Notes: generated by a model from the sequence alone, not told the origin. A DNA stretch of 63,865 bases, filler included, from Octopus bimaculoides (GCF_001194135.2; 5 parts of 4 records of this genome joined end to end with filler, not necessarily neighbours in it); one strand, 5' to 3'; positions 37,661 through 52,479 are shown, counted from the first letter of the whole stretch. Made by a program: numbers and translations.

Positions 37661-39869
37661 ACACACAAATTTCCAAGACTTCAGCACAAAAATCAAACAC
37701 TTCTTTACCTTATGAAAATACCATTAACTATAACCTTTAGAAACCACAAGTATACCAGAAGAAAATGTGATTTTTTTATTACCCACAAGGAGCCATACAA
37801 GAGGGACAATGCAATACATGTGGGGACATAGAACAAATGAAAAAAAAAATTTAATTATGGTTTGATTGTGATATGGAATAACTTGGCAGAGAGCTGATTT
37901 ATATGACCGAACGTCGTTTCGATGTTGCTGACAACATATGAATGCGTAACCACACCGTCTGTATTACAATGCTTCTTCGAAGATCGGAAATTCATGAAAG
38001 CTGCGGGTTCTTATGAAAGTCGAAATTACAAGTTTGTAGATTAATGGTGACAATAGTACAAATTACTTTATTAATTTTTATTTTTCGTGAAGTTTTTCTC
38101 CAACTGAGTTTCAGCCTAACTATGTATCATTCAATCTAAGTCAACCTGTAATCAGAAGTGCACCAGCCTGACCATCTGTGTTTTTGTTTCAGACATATGT
38201 TATTTTGCACAACATTAATAGTATATCAGGATTTTCTATTGTTAATTATCACAATTATTAAGCTGTTGGTTCTTGCAGTGGGAACGGATTGCAAGACGCT
38301 CTATCGACTCCTCACTAAGAGAAATCTTTTCGAACAATTGACTGCTCTGTATATTTGTTGATAACAATCATTGAGATATAGTTGAGGAGAGTTCTGTAAA
38401 TCAGTAGGGACTTTTGAAGAAGTATGTTGAAGGCCTAACTTAAGTTATCAAGTTGACGACCATATGTTTCTCAAGAGCAATTTTTCTATGATTATATGTG
38501 TGTTTTGGATTCAATTGCTTAATAGTATAAATTTCCCTCGCATCTTTGACCAATACACTAGTAGATTTGAAGTTGTTTGACTGATGTGGAGATAGCAAAG
38601 AGAACGATGCCAGGTATCGGATTATGTCTCAGAATAGTCAAATGTAGAAGTACAGTAATTCAAAAGAATTATCTAAACAAATGACAGGTGGGAACCATTG
38701 TGTAGGTGTAGATGACTATGGTCACGTTAAGTTTGCGTTTGGAGAAGATTGAGTACAGGTGTTTATGAATGTGTTTGTGCACTTGTGCCGTGAGAAAGAA
38801 GATATGTGTGAAAGTCTGCGTGATTATAAGAAAACGGGCGATAAAAGAGGTGTGAAACGAAAGAGAACAAAATGACATATAAGATTTTGTGAAGATTTCA
38901 TTTATACGTGGATGCGTAAAGATAGAAAACCCGAGAGATAAAGTGTATGCGGGGATATAGAAATGCTTCGAAAATTGAATGAACTAGAGAGAGAGAATTA
39001 TGCAGCGAATATAAGGAGAAAGAGTGCGTATGTCTATAATTAGTGTAAAGAACTAAAATTCAAAGAGAATACATAAGAAATAGAAATCGAATAGTTTGTA
39101 GAAGTAGGAAGAAAATGAATATCTAATAGAATGACGGGCTTGGGAGAGAACAAAGGATAAACATTCTGAGAAGGAGGAATAATATCTTGCTTTTTATACG
39201 TCTGTCATTGAAAGAGAGAAAACCAGAACGAATAGAATATAGGCAAAGATGGAATACAAACGTACCTGACGTGGATAGTTAGAACTAGAAAGGAAAAAAA
39301 AAGATTTGATAAAAGGTTATAAAAAGTTAGAATAACCAAGTAGAAGAGTTACGTAAATAGTTTGTAGTGGAGAATAGTCTTTCTTCAGAGTTTTTTTTAA
39401 ATTTAATCTCAGTGTTCTACATTAATTCAATGAAACAGTAATTGCTGTCAGAAAACAGTGAAGGTAAGGAACATTTTTGTAATCATCAGTGAATGAATAC
39501 TGAATATTTTAGTGGTATATTAGTGAAAAAGAACTCATTAACTCTTCACAAAGGTCATCTACACACACACATATATGTATACATATGTATGTGTGTATGT
39601 ATGTATATATACACTCAGAGAAATATATATGTGTATGCATGTATGTGTATTCACAACGTACACACGCTCAAACACACATAATCGTGTGTGTGTGCGTTTG
39701 TGTGTGTATAGGAAACACTTGATCTTTGAGACATATATTGAATACAGGCCTATGTTGTATATCTATTTGTTCTTACGAGAAAATCCGTATATTATCATAT
39801 GTACAATGTATTTCTTACACATTGTTTGTAGAGTCACCATTCACTTTACTTGAGATTCATAAACGAAGT

Positions 39870-40149
39870 TATATCGGGGGGTGTTGAAGCCTCCTTGCCT
39901 ATGGACACCTTTGATTCCCATTTACTCAGCAGTCGGGGGTTCTTATAGTCATTCAATATCTAAAATCTCCAAATATACTTTTATGATTAAATATTATTAG
40001 GAATTATATTAAAAAATGTAAAGATATTTTGTGCATTGTATAACTATAACTGATTTATTGCGTTTAAATTTTAACAAAACCTTATATGGACACCGCAAGG
40101 GCCATATGGACACCGCGAGGGCCATATGGACCCCGGTTGAGAACCACTG
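39870..40149. mobile_element. hAT-like MITE, one end decayed
   Basis: Ends CCCCGGTTGAGAACCACTG; body matches 14432-14963 and 43431-43663. Confidence 0.7.
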
Positions 40150-40281
40150 CCGTAGATTGTCTCAGAGTGCATTTTTAAGGCTTACAGACCTCCATTGATA
40201 TTTTGTGTCGGTTCCATATCGACTGGATAATGCAATTCTGTATTTCTTAGAAGAGGTATCTGTATATGATGTTTAAGTTGA

Positions 40282-40371
40282 AGTGGTGTCCTCATCTTGG
40301 TTGTTGCTTTCATTATGTGGAGCGTACTCAGCCGAAAGCTTGTGAAAGCAGCAGCCAATGAGGACACCACT
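40282..40371 (+). other. Long inverted repeat / candidate structured RNA hairpin
   Basis: 13-bp perfect stem + 2-nt bulge + 16-bp stem with two G-U pairs, 30-nt branched loop. Confidence 0.6.
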
Positions 40372-40444
40372 ACTATTAATACATAATATAAAAAAAATCC
40401 TCATCAGAAATACATAATTGTATTGAGAAGTAGTGATTTCAAAT

Positions 40445-40615
40445 TTTGGCACAAGATCAGCAATTTCGTGGAATGAGTAAGTTGATTATGTCGATTCCAG
40501 TATTTTATCGACAGTGAAATGACGTCAAGCGAAGCCGAACTCGTTAGAATTTGAACTCAGAACGTGATGATGCTATGCATTTCGCTCGGCGTGCTAAGGA
40601 TTCTGCCAACTCACC
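40445..40615 (-). mobile_element. Decayed SINE family E
   Basis: TTTTATCGAC...GAATTTGAACTCAGAACG...ATTCTGCCAACTCACC. Confidence 0.7.
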
Positions 40616-40993
40616 TTCTTTGTATTGAGAAATATGATATTTCTAGCTGATTCCCTGAGTATAGTAATGTTTCAGGATTGTTTATGAAAATAAAAATATA
40701 AAGTATGTGTTGCCTTCATCAGTAAGCACGGAGAAAAATAACGGTATTTTAAACTTCGGTAGTTTCTATAGACAAAAACGCAGATAAAACTTAATTATTA
40801 AAACACCTAAGATTGCAAATGCAAATCATTCCCATTGATTGTAAATCTTTACATCGAAATTCAAACTTAAAAATTTGAATATTAAAAAAATCAGACACGG
40901 CTTATCATAATAGAGATTGAACTTAAATATTCATCAAATGAAGTGAAAATTCTTATAAAATATACTCAAATACATACACATATATACTCTCAT

Positions 40994-41044
<51 letters not shown>

Positions 41045-41869
41045 CACAAGCACACACAAACATACACATAACTATAGTCATTAGATACATTACCATATAT
41101 TCACTTCATGTATTAAGCACCTTAGTTGGTTGTAAAATCTAAATATGTTCTGTGCGTCTAGTTATATGTATATAAGTACTTTGGTCATTATGTCTCTGAA
41201 CTAACATAAGGGCATGCTATATACTCACATACACATGTATATATACACACATATATCTAAATATAAATTTATCTATTATATCATGAGTTAGAGGTTGAGA
41301 AACCATCTAAGTGATAGTACCTATCCAATATACTCCTGGTAATATTGCACCCAATTATTCATATCCAAATGCCAGTTATTGCATGGCAATCTCATAATTA
41401 GGTATTATATATGGGCGGGCTAACAAGTGGTTTACACTTGATATATACGACAAATAAGAAAACGGAGAGGAGATAAAATCGACAGATATCAGCCGGTAAA
41501 CATTCCACTATGTCTCTTTATTCAAAGGTATTGGATGAATACACACACATGTATGAGTGGTAGAGATTAGCGAGTGGAAAAAAATGGTAATTGCATAAAC
41601 AATGGTGTGAATACATATAAGCATATGGAAACAAGTCAGCAAATTGGCAAAAAACTAAATGGCTGTGCAAGTCCTAGTTCCTTATGACCGTTTCTGCCAA
41701 GAGGCAACGAAATCTTCCAAGTTATCTCCATCTCTTCAGTGTTATGCAGGGATGAGCAGACAAGACTTGGATAATGAATGTGCCCTGAGGCTTCTTCAGA
41801 GGGTCTAAGTGTTTTTTTTTTGGGGGGGGGGACATACATAGTAGTCAGTTAAGAATAGCTAAGGTGTAC

Positions 41870-42010
41870 ATTATTTACATTTGACGGATATTTTGTCCTC
41901 ATCTTGTTTGTTGTTAACACAACGTTTCGGCTGATATACCCTCCAACCTTTATCATTTGTCTTGGCGAAATTTCGAACCTGGGTTCTCATTCCTAAGGTA
42001 TTTTTCGATG
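41870..42010 (-). mobile_element. Penelope-like pLTR fragment with decayed hammerhead motif
   Basis: Minus strand caaATGATAA-A-GGTTG-gagggtatat-CAGCC-GAAA-C-GTT-gtg at 41959-41918. Confidence 0.5.
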
Positions 42011-42240
42011 TTATTATTATTGTTATTATTCTTATTATTATTATGTTGTTTTTTTTTCTTCTTCTCCTAGGGTCGATGTCTTCGACTACAATCGTTAAGG
42101 CGGTTTCCAGCATAGCCGCAGTCAAATGACTGAAATAAATAAAAGAATAAAAGGATATAGTTTCTCTAGTTTTCCCAGCATGGTCGTATTTGCCGCAGTT
42201 AGACGTTCGTAGAAATGAGTGAAGAATATAAAAATCTGTG

Positions 42241-42291
<51 letters not shown>

Positions 42292-42962
42292 TATATATAT
42301 ATATGTATGTATGTATGTATGTATATAAACATGGGAAAGTCTTGAGACATGAAAATATTGGGCACTGTTGCGGGAAAAATGGATATAATGTAACAGGAAA
42401 GATAGGAACAACATAAATGTGTTCAGTTTACATGATTTGTAGATATATACATGTATATATATGCATTTACACACACACACATACACATATTATATATTAT
42501 ATACACATATACACCTACCTATAATTACCAATATATATTACGTGTTCGCGTCTTTGTGGATGTGAATTCGCACGTGTGTAAGCGCATGAATAACAGCTAA
42601 AAGCCAAACGCTGCAGATAGATCTGAATGCATAACTACAGCGCGATGATTTTAATGGAGAGAACCTGAGTAAACACAACTTGTAATGACATCATAGTGAC
42701 ATCATAGTTATATCTTCCACTAACCAGCTAGACAGACATCGACCAGAGACAGTAGGTGATCACTAAATAGATGCTGCTGAAGAATCAATTGCTATACGAT
42801 GATTAGTGAAAAGCTACACACTGTTTTCATCTAATCAGCTATGTCCTGCATAAGAGTAATAGTGTTTGGAGTTGCTGTTTTTTTAAATTTATTAGTTTAT
42901 ATTCTTTGCATGCATATACATACAAATATATTAAATATATGAATATAGATAGAGGGAGTTAG

Positions 42963-42999
<37 letters not shown>

Positions 43000-43430
43000 N
43001 NNNNNNNNNATAGATAGATGTACATGAAGACACATAATACGTACATACATACATATATACATGCTGTGAAATACAGTAGGGTGTTTTGAATAAACAAATT
43101 ATTGAAGGAGAATATATTATCTAGCACATAACCTATTCAGACACAATTACGAGTCCAGTGTTTACAGAATATGTTTATTTTCGAATGACCTGATTCTTGT
43201 ATACTGCTTTTACGACTTATGTGACAAACGTCTACACAAGAAAAAAGCTTTCAATTTCTGTGCGATGTTCGAATTGTAAAGAGCTGAATCACTCTTAGGC
43301 GTTCATGCCCAAGTGCCTCAATTTCTGCCTATTAGACATTTTGTGTAGTAAAACTAAGTATATTTTCCCTTCTGTGCTACCATCAGGTAAAATCTAAAAT
43401 TCAAATTATGTATATTTTGATGATCTAAAT

Positions 43431-43663
43431 TAGTGCTTCTCAACCATTTTTTTACTTAAGGATCCCTTTGATTCCTATTTTAAACGGAGGGACCTTCGTA
43501 GTCATTCCATGCTTAGAAAAGTCATATATTCATATAATTAAATATTATTAGGCATTGTATAAAAAAATCTTAAAATAATTTGTGTATCATAGAAGTATAT
43601 CCAATTTATTGCAGATAAATTTTAACGAGAAAATCTGATATGGAGTCCGGTTGAGAACGTCTG
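43431..43663. mobile_element. hAT-like MITE, complete decayed copy
   Basis: TAGTGCTTCTCAACC / GGTTGAGAACGTCTG termini; flanking 8-mers ATCTAAAT and GCTTAAAT (decayed TSD). Confidence 0.7.
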
Positions 43664-44101
43664 GCTTAAATAATATGCTGGATTATGTCATTGTAAGACC
43701 CATTGGTAGAATATATATCAGCAATACTTAGTTCGGTGTGCTCTTTAGTACGTGCAATTCATAAACTTGTGTTGAGGTTTAGTCGAGATATAATTCAATT
43801 GTGTACATACAACTTGCTAAGAGTCGAAATGACATGAAGTTCTTACAAGCGCTCAAGACAATACTACTGTTCCGCATGACTAATCCCACTAGATGTACCT
43901 CAGGAAGCCAACACATTTTGATTTCTCCATATAGATATGAAGTAAATGAAGATTGCGACAGAAAGACCAGTAGAACAATATATAAAAGATCATGTTTAGA
44001 ATAAATTAGATGCAATAACATCAGAGGTGAATGGAAAAAATGTGAGAATAGTAATCAAGCTTGTGAAATGCTAGAAATAGGCATGGTTATATCTGCATAT
44101 A

Positions 44102-44208
<107 letters not shown>

Positions 44209-46154
44209 ATGTGTTTGAGTGTGTGTGTGCGTGCGGGTGCGTTTGTATGTATGTATATAAATTGCAAGCAAATACAATAGGAGGTCAAATTATTTCACAG
44301 TCTATATAACTGCATTGATTTTATATATGAAATATACAAAAATATGTAGTGTCTGCAAAATATTACGTGACCATTACAACGACGCGCTGGTGTAATTAGA
44401 TAATGCATAGGCACATATTTTTTCAGTTCTAATACAATCTATATAAATGAAATCTCTGGTGCGCTCACTGGCGGTGCTCCAGCATGACAACAGTCTCAGC
44501 GTAGAATCGTATAAAAGAATAAAAGAAAGCTAACGAGTTGGTCAATGGATGACGACGTTGTGAATGAGTGGCACAAAATCGGGTGAAATTTGATGCATTA
44601 ATTACATTATGAGTGATTATCTAGTTTAAGGTAATGCGCTTCTTTTTTTGTATTCGAAACTCTCGTAAGAATGAATGTTCAACAGAATATCACAGACTGA
44701 ATGATAATCGGAGATATAGTCAGGTGATTTCAAATATTGCGCTGCAAGTTTTAAGAATCCATGGGCTTTAAGAAGATTCATTATGCGTTTCTGAGTCATG
44801 GCTTCCATATGACAAGCCTATTGTATAATTGAACCTGCCAGGTTTACCGTGCATTTTACATCAGATGATATGCAATCAAAATTGCAAATTCCGTTGTTTG
44901 AAAGACGTAATAATAAAGATATATTGGAAATGATAGAACCACTAAAACGGTTAACTTCTAAGTTCATTTTTCTTCTGGATGTCAATTCACTTATTTTTGC
45001 TATATATATTTTATTGTATAACATTTACTGACGCACTCCACACTCCGTTCCCTTTGGATTCCAGATTTTATTTGAAATTTCGAAACCAAATGATCATTTA
45101 AGTTTTTAACACATCTAAATTATTCTTGTTTTTTTTTTATATATTCCAAATATTCTGTGTCGCGACAAGAGAAGAATCTATATTTTAAAGATAAGGAATT
45201 TTTCTGCAAAATATGGGTAGTTTATCCTGTTCATGCTATACTATTAGCATTATCCTGCGTTTGAGAATAAAATTATTTCCTTATCTTTCAATACATCTCA
45301 ACGCTGCTAAAGCAAACTTTGTTTGTTTACTTTCATCGTAATTTGAATTTAATATATTTTAAAAACTACAGGAATGGAATGTTGTGATATGTACTTATTT
45401 CTTTGGGACGTAAGAGGCCTTGACGTAGCAGACAAAGATGATTGATTGAATTGAAGTCAAAATACGATTTATGCACAAACATTTGGAGTCAGTACTATGG
45501 GGGGATAAGAGTAAGGTAGGAAAATTTGAAACCAGAAGTGCTGTAAGAAAACATATAAAGCGTTCTGGAGTTTCTGTTTAAAAACCAATAGTTCATAAAT
45601 TTAGATACAGAAAATGTAAACGTTAGAGACACACTGCATCCGCTAATAGTTTGCAATTATTTGAACGAATAATTCTCACTAGGTTAAAGCAAGTCTATAA
45701 ATTATAATACAAACGCAATGTTTAGCCATTATTTGAAATGTTCTTAAGAAACAAAATAAAATTAAACTAATAGCCTATTATTATTCTCATAATAGCTATT
45801 TTGAAATAGAGATCAATAAGAGATTTGCCCGAAATTCATACACAAAATTTGAAATAAAAAATAATGGCGTGCTGTTATTTTGAAAGCTATATATATATAT
45901 ATATATATATATTGCAATAAATATAAACTAGGTCAAATGACATGTCTAAAAATATTACTTTGAATTCAGTAGTTTTGTAGTTGTTATTATTATCATCGTT
46001 GTTATTGTTATTATCATTACTTTCATTCTTGTTGTTATTGTTGTAGTTGTCCTCGCCGGTATTACTATTATTAGTAATATTATCATCGTTATCATCATCA
46101 TCATCATCATCATCATCATTATTATTATTATTATCATTATTATTATTATTATGG

Positions 46155-46350
46155 CAAGTCGACAGAATTGTTGGGGCGTCTGACAAAATTCTAAACGGCA
46201 TTTTCCGCTTCTTTACGTACTGAGTTCGAGTTTGTCGAGATCAGCTGTGCCTTCTGTCCTTTCCGGTCAATAAAGTACAAATCAAGAACTAGGCTCCATG
46301 TAGTCAACTTTCTCCTGCCCTTCAAGATTGCTGGGCATGTGTCAAGATCA
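46155..46350 (+). mobile_element. Decayed SINE family E
   Basis: GGCAAGTCGACAGAATTG...GTACTGAGTTCGAGTTTG motifs. Confidence 0.55.
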
Positions 46351-46399
46351 AAAAGAAATAAATTTTTCATTCATACAATTATAACTATTAAGGGTGCGA

Positions 46400-47630
46400 G
46401 CTGAAAGAATAGTTGGCGCGTCAGACAAAACGCTTAGCAGCATTTCATCAGGCTCTTTATGTTGTGAGTTTAAATCCTGCCAAGGTAAACTATGCTTTCA
46501 TCCTTTTGAAGTTGATAAATGGATCTTTGTGGTTATTGTCACTGGATGTCAAAATATTTAAAAACAAATTTCAATGTATCATATAGATGTAATTTTTGAC
46601 GCTGAATCCGAATTTTTTATTCATTTATTCCATTTTGTGAACATGTTACAGATGTTCAAATTTTGATAATTTTCAGAATATTCAGCCAATCAGAAAACAG
46701 CGCGGTCGCTGCCTCTCCCATCATCTGTCACAGCAGCGAGAAATAGCTGGGGGGAATTCCCATGTCATAACAATAAACTAGCTACAGTCAACAGTAAAAA
46801 ATGTTAAAAGATTTGCGAGAAAATTAAATATTTAAAAGTTACGAGCAAACCAACAGGAGTTGCTAGAAATAACAGTAAGGTATTAAAATATATACGAGAA
46901 AAGTAAACAGTGAAAGACATTAAAACATTCGCGAGCAAATTAATTATTTAAAAGCTACGAGCAAACCATCAAGAATTGCTAGAAATAACAGTCAAAATAT
47001 CCTTAAAACAGACATCAGTTAAAAAAGCTCAAGGACGAAATTTTGCAAAATACTGTAGCATTTTATAAAATATATTATCTTATTTTATAAAATGAATTAT
47101 TTTTCTCATATCTCTTTCTCCACATAAATTCATAAAGATAAGGTCAAACATGGAACGATATATCCCACACTGGCGTTTGTTTCCACGCTTTAAAGATGCC
47201 CTGGTACTCTCAAGTTGGTGGTTATACACCTTGTGCGCATGCGCAGCATTATTAGTAACTATGAAAACAGAGGTCTTCGCATCGGCTATAGAACATGTGG
47301 TGCTTCTTTGATTAATATGTTAAAAGAATTCCACGTTGATGTGTAAAATACTCGCTTCCGATTGGCTAAAATATATCCAAATTTTGAAAATTTTGAAGGG
47401 TAGTATCTTTTTAATTACGAACTTAGAGGGAAAATGAATTTCATTTTCATGATTAGTAAAGAAAACTTAATCTGTATACAAAATTTGAAAACATTTGGAA
47501 CAAAATTATAGACAGTGAAGATAACCACAAAGATCCTGATAAATTAAATTACTAGCCATGTACTGGGGTCGAGGTACTCGAAGAAACGAGCCCATCCCAC
47601 TAAAATTGCTGGCCTTGTGTTAACATTTGA
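46400..47630 (+). mobile_element. Decayed SINE family E split by the 1-kb TIR element
   Basis: SINE reads ...CCTTTTGAAGTTGATAAAT before 46521 and resumes TAAATTACTAGCCATGTACTGGGGTCGA after 47544. Confidence 0.7.
46521..47536. mobile_element. Non-autonomous DNA transposon, 24-bp TIRs, 8-bp TSD
   Basis: GGATCTTTGTGGTTATTGTCACTG vs reverse-complemented right end GGATCTTTGTGGTTATCTTCACTG (22/24); perfect TSD TGATAAAT at 46513-46520 and 47537-47544. Confidence 0.88.
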
Positions 47631-47639
47631 AACAATTAC

Positions 47640-47640
47640 C

Positions 47641-47730
<90 letters not shown>
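47640..47730. repeat. (TAT)n-(TAG)n compound microsatellite
   Basis: Visible arrays. Confidence 0.93.
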
Positions 47731-47731
<1 letters not shown>

Positions 47732-48155
47732 AGGCGGCGAGATAGCAGAATCATTAACACGCCGGACAATATGCTTTGCTTTATTTTGTCCCTCCTTACG
47801 TCTTGAGTTCAAATTCCACCAAGGCCCTCTTTCTCTTTCGTCCTTCCAGTATCGATAAAATAAGCACCAGTTGATCACCTGGATCGATATGATTGACTTA
47901 ACCACACCTCGAACTTGTTGGCCCTGTGTCAAAATTTGAAAGCATTGTACTTTTTATCGAGGTGGTTAGCTGGCAGAATCGTTAAGCATGCTGGAAAAAA
48001 TACTTAGCAGTTTTTCGCCCATCGCTACGTTCTGAGTTCAAATTCCGCCGCAGTCAACTTTGCTTTTCATCCCTTCGAGGTTACGTACTGTGGTCGTTTT
48101 AATCGATTATCTCCCTCCCCCAAATTTCAGGCCTTGTGCCTATAGTAGAAAGGAT
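47731..48155 (+). mobile_element. Two tandem decayed family E SINEs
   Basis: AAGGCGGCGAGATAGCAGAATC at 47731 and GGTGGTTAGCTGGCAGAATCG at about 47960, each with a GAGTTCAAATTCC B box. Confidence 0.75.
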
Positions 48156-48389
48156 TATTATTATTACGATGGTATAAGATGATAGGAAGCTACACTTGAC
48201 CTCGGTTCCGTATTTTGTTTTCGAAAATCGTCAGTTTTCTCCGGAAAATAAGGGTTCATTCTTATGCTGGTAAGTTCCTTTTTTGTTAAACGTCCCCTTA
48301 TTTCTTGGGCAACTTATCAAATTTATTCCATTTCTTATACCACGTAGAAAAATTTAGAATTTTGCTCAATGCCATCAGCAAATAGTTTC

Positions 48390-49700
<1,311 letters not shown>

Positions 49701-49734
49701 CAACACTCACCCGGGGTCCATGGATAATTTTCAG

Positions 49735-49880
49735 AAATCCCTGGCACAACGCGAATACAAAAGACGACATGACAATGTAGCAAGACTGATCCATTAGGAG
49801 TTCTGTAGAAATCACGGCCTACAAAGAAGAAATTTTGGTATGACCAAACTGCAGAAGGATTTACTGAGAATGAAGATTGT
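49735..49880 (+). mobile_element. R4/Dong-type RLE LINE internal fragment
   Basis: KSLAQREYKRRHDNVARLIH*EFC...WYDQTAEGFTENED matches the LAxxEYKRRHDxVA...HWELC...WY motif. Confidence 0.75.
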
Positions 49881-52479
49881 ACCATTTGTTTTAGGCAGAG
49901 ATGGTTAACATCTTTGTCTCTCCACCAATTGTAATGCTTAGATGTTTTACACTCGAACCTAACGAACATCTGGGTTCGATCTGGGGTCATGATCTGTGCG
50001 AGGATGGGTATGATTCACTACTGTTTGGTCTAAGATCTCTATACACATCCAAATCCATTTTTCTTGCCTATTTAAAAAATACTAGTATCAACTACACGAA
50101 TCAGAAATGACATTTATATCTGGGGCCACATCCATCACCAGTTCCTCCACACTCCTAACCATATACGTTGATATGCATTTGAAGTTCACTCTTTCAAATG
50201 GGGAAATGATGGTTGGATCTTTGCGCCCGTTTCGCTGGAGAAAACGGCATCTTTATTAGCAATATGTTAACATCAATTGATACATGTATGTGTGTCGGAG
50301 GTGGGGGTTTGCATACTACAGCTTCTTCACATGTCGAGGTATTGTGTTTATGCATCTCTAGGTTATAGGGCACCAGAAGTTCGGTCAGTGTGACCGAATT
50401 CAACACATCCAGAAATATCAGTCGACCGTGCAGTGCAGTTCTACAAAACTAGATGCATCTAATATTTCTCGCAACTGAATTTTATTTTTTTTTCTTTGTA
50501 TTTCTCATTGTTGAAGCTGCTTTACCATATATCTATGTTGATATTTTGTCCGGTTGCCAAAAGAGGAAGTGATGGCGATGGAGCTGATGTTTGCTGTTAT
50601 TATAATATTCGGTTGATTTCTTTCTTAAATTGTGCTGATGTTCGTATAACATTTGTCGATGTATCTACTGCGATTTGAGAAGGTATGAGCATGGCAAAGA
50701 TTGATTAGCCGGAAGCGCTCGCTGAATATACCTCACATATGGATCTTGGGAACATTAACTATGAATGAATAAGCCAGTAAAGACGATGAGCAGATACAAT
50801 AGATGCCTCATAAGTAAATGTCAATGAATTGTGAAGATAGTGACAAATGAGAAAGTTATAAAAGCTAGTCATATCTTCATGGGAAGTGGCAAAGGTTTCC
50901 TCCTCTACTATTTTTCTGTCTGGAGATAATACCATAAACTAAATTATTAAACACGAATGGAATCAGAAACATGTCGTATAGTAGTCCAGTGGACAACCTT
51001 TTGTTTACGGATGGCATAAATTTGCATACTGTAGAAAAATCAGATATACTATTGAAGACATTAGTAATTTACTAAAGAAACTGATAAGAGAATTGGATTA
51101 GAGAATGTACTAAGCCAAATTTGGAGCTAGGAATACATATTATGAGAAGTAATGTCATGTTAGATAAAGTAACAGAGAAGAGAGAATAGAAATATATACA
51201 GTCTTACTAATCAATGAGTATATAACACAGAGAAACGTCAGTAAATGTTGTGTATCAATTTTAGATGCATTACCTTTATACTTAAAATATAATAGGTGCC
51301 AGCACTCTTACTCACCCAGTATAGAATATATTCAACTGCGTGGCAACAGAAAAAAAATCATTGACTGCATTTAGTATACTCTACCAAATATTTGTTATGC
51401 AATTATATATACCACAACTACAGGGATACAGAGGCAATTTCAAGCTACAAAACTATAATAACTCGTCTATCATGGGAATTAAAATATATTTAGTAAACTA
51501 TACGAGGTGTGTAATATGAATAAAAGAAACAAATTTGTGCGTGTGTGTGTGGCACATGTACCCAGATATTTTCGTAACACTGAGTGTATATGTATATATT
51601 CATATACCAGTCTTTCACCTTAACTCTTCACGTTGTATTCTACTCTATTAGCCTCGGAACAAAATCTGATTTGCAAATTCAGTCGACTGTATTCTCTTAA
51701 ACATCGCTATAGCGACGTTCATATTTTTTTGTCCTGCCTGAGGACTATAATTCCTCAGACATGTCTAAATTATGTAGACGCATATACACATTCATATATG
51801 TATGTTACGCGAATACGCTATCATATGATCGTGTATATGGCAGTTATGTAGAAGTGAATAAGTATAAAGATACATAGATATATTACAAATAAGCATATTT
51901 CTGCGCATCCATAGAAACTACAGTAATTAAAGTTTAGCATTTAGCAATCTTCTATTCTTGTCTATAAACTCTGAGATACTCAATAATAGTTTCTGATGTA
52001 GGCACATGCTCAGCAATTGAGGGAACGAGCCTGTCAATGCCAACGACAGTTAACTTTACTACTACTTATTCAACTCGAAAGCTGAAGGACTAGGTTGTAT
52101 TCATATTAAAATTTCACAGATTTCACTAAACCAACGCTTCTTTTCTTAATCATAGGGTATATCTGTCTACGGATAAAAGTAACCAATGCATTTTAGGTGA
52201 ATTATTTTGTGAAATAAGAGATCTGTGTTTATGAGCTTGTGCTTTTGCTCGTCTATATGTAATAGTATGGAAATACTAACAAGCTGACTAGAATTTAAGC
52301 AAAGTATATCTTAAAACGCTTTTATTAGTTGAAATTATCATTGATGACTTAAGAGCAAATGCCTTCTTGCCAATGGGCTTAATATATATAGACGAACAGC
52401 AGCCAGTTTGTGTGTTTTAATAGTATTGTTGTAAGTTTTATTTGCCTGATTATTAACCGAGCATTTTAGTGATTAGTAA

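Noticed and set aside
44818-45024. LEVNRFSGSIISNI resembling a plant-type LRR
   Set aside because: Single short match with no repeat periodicity
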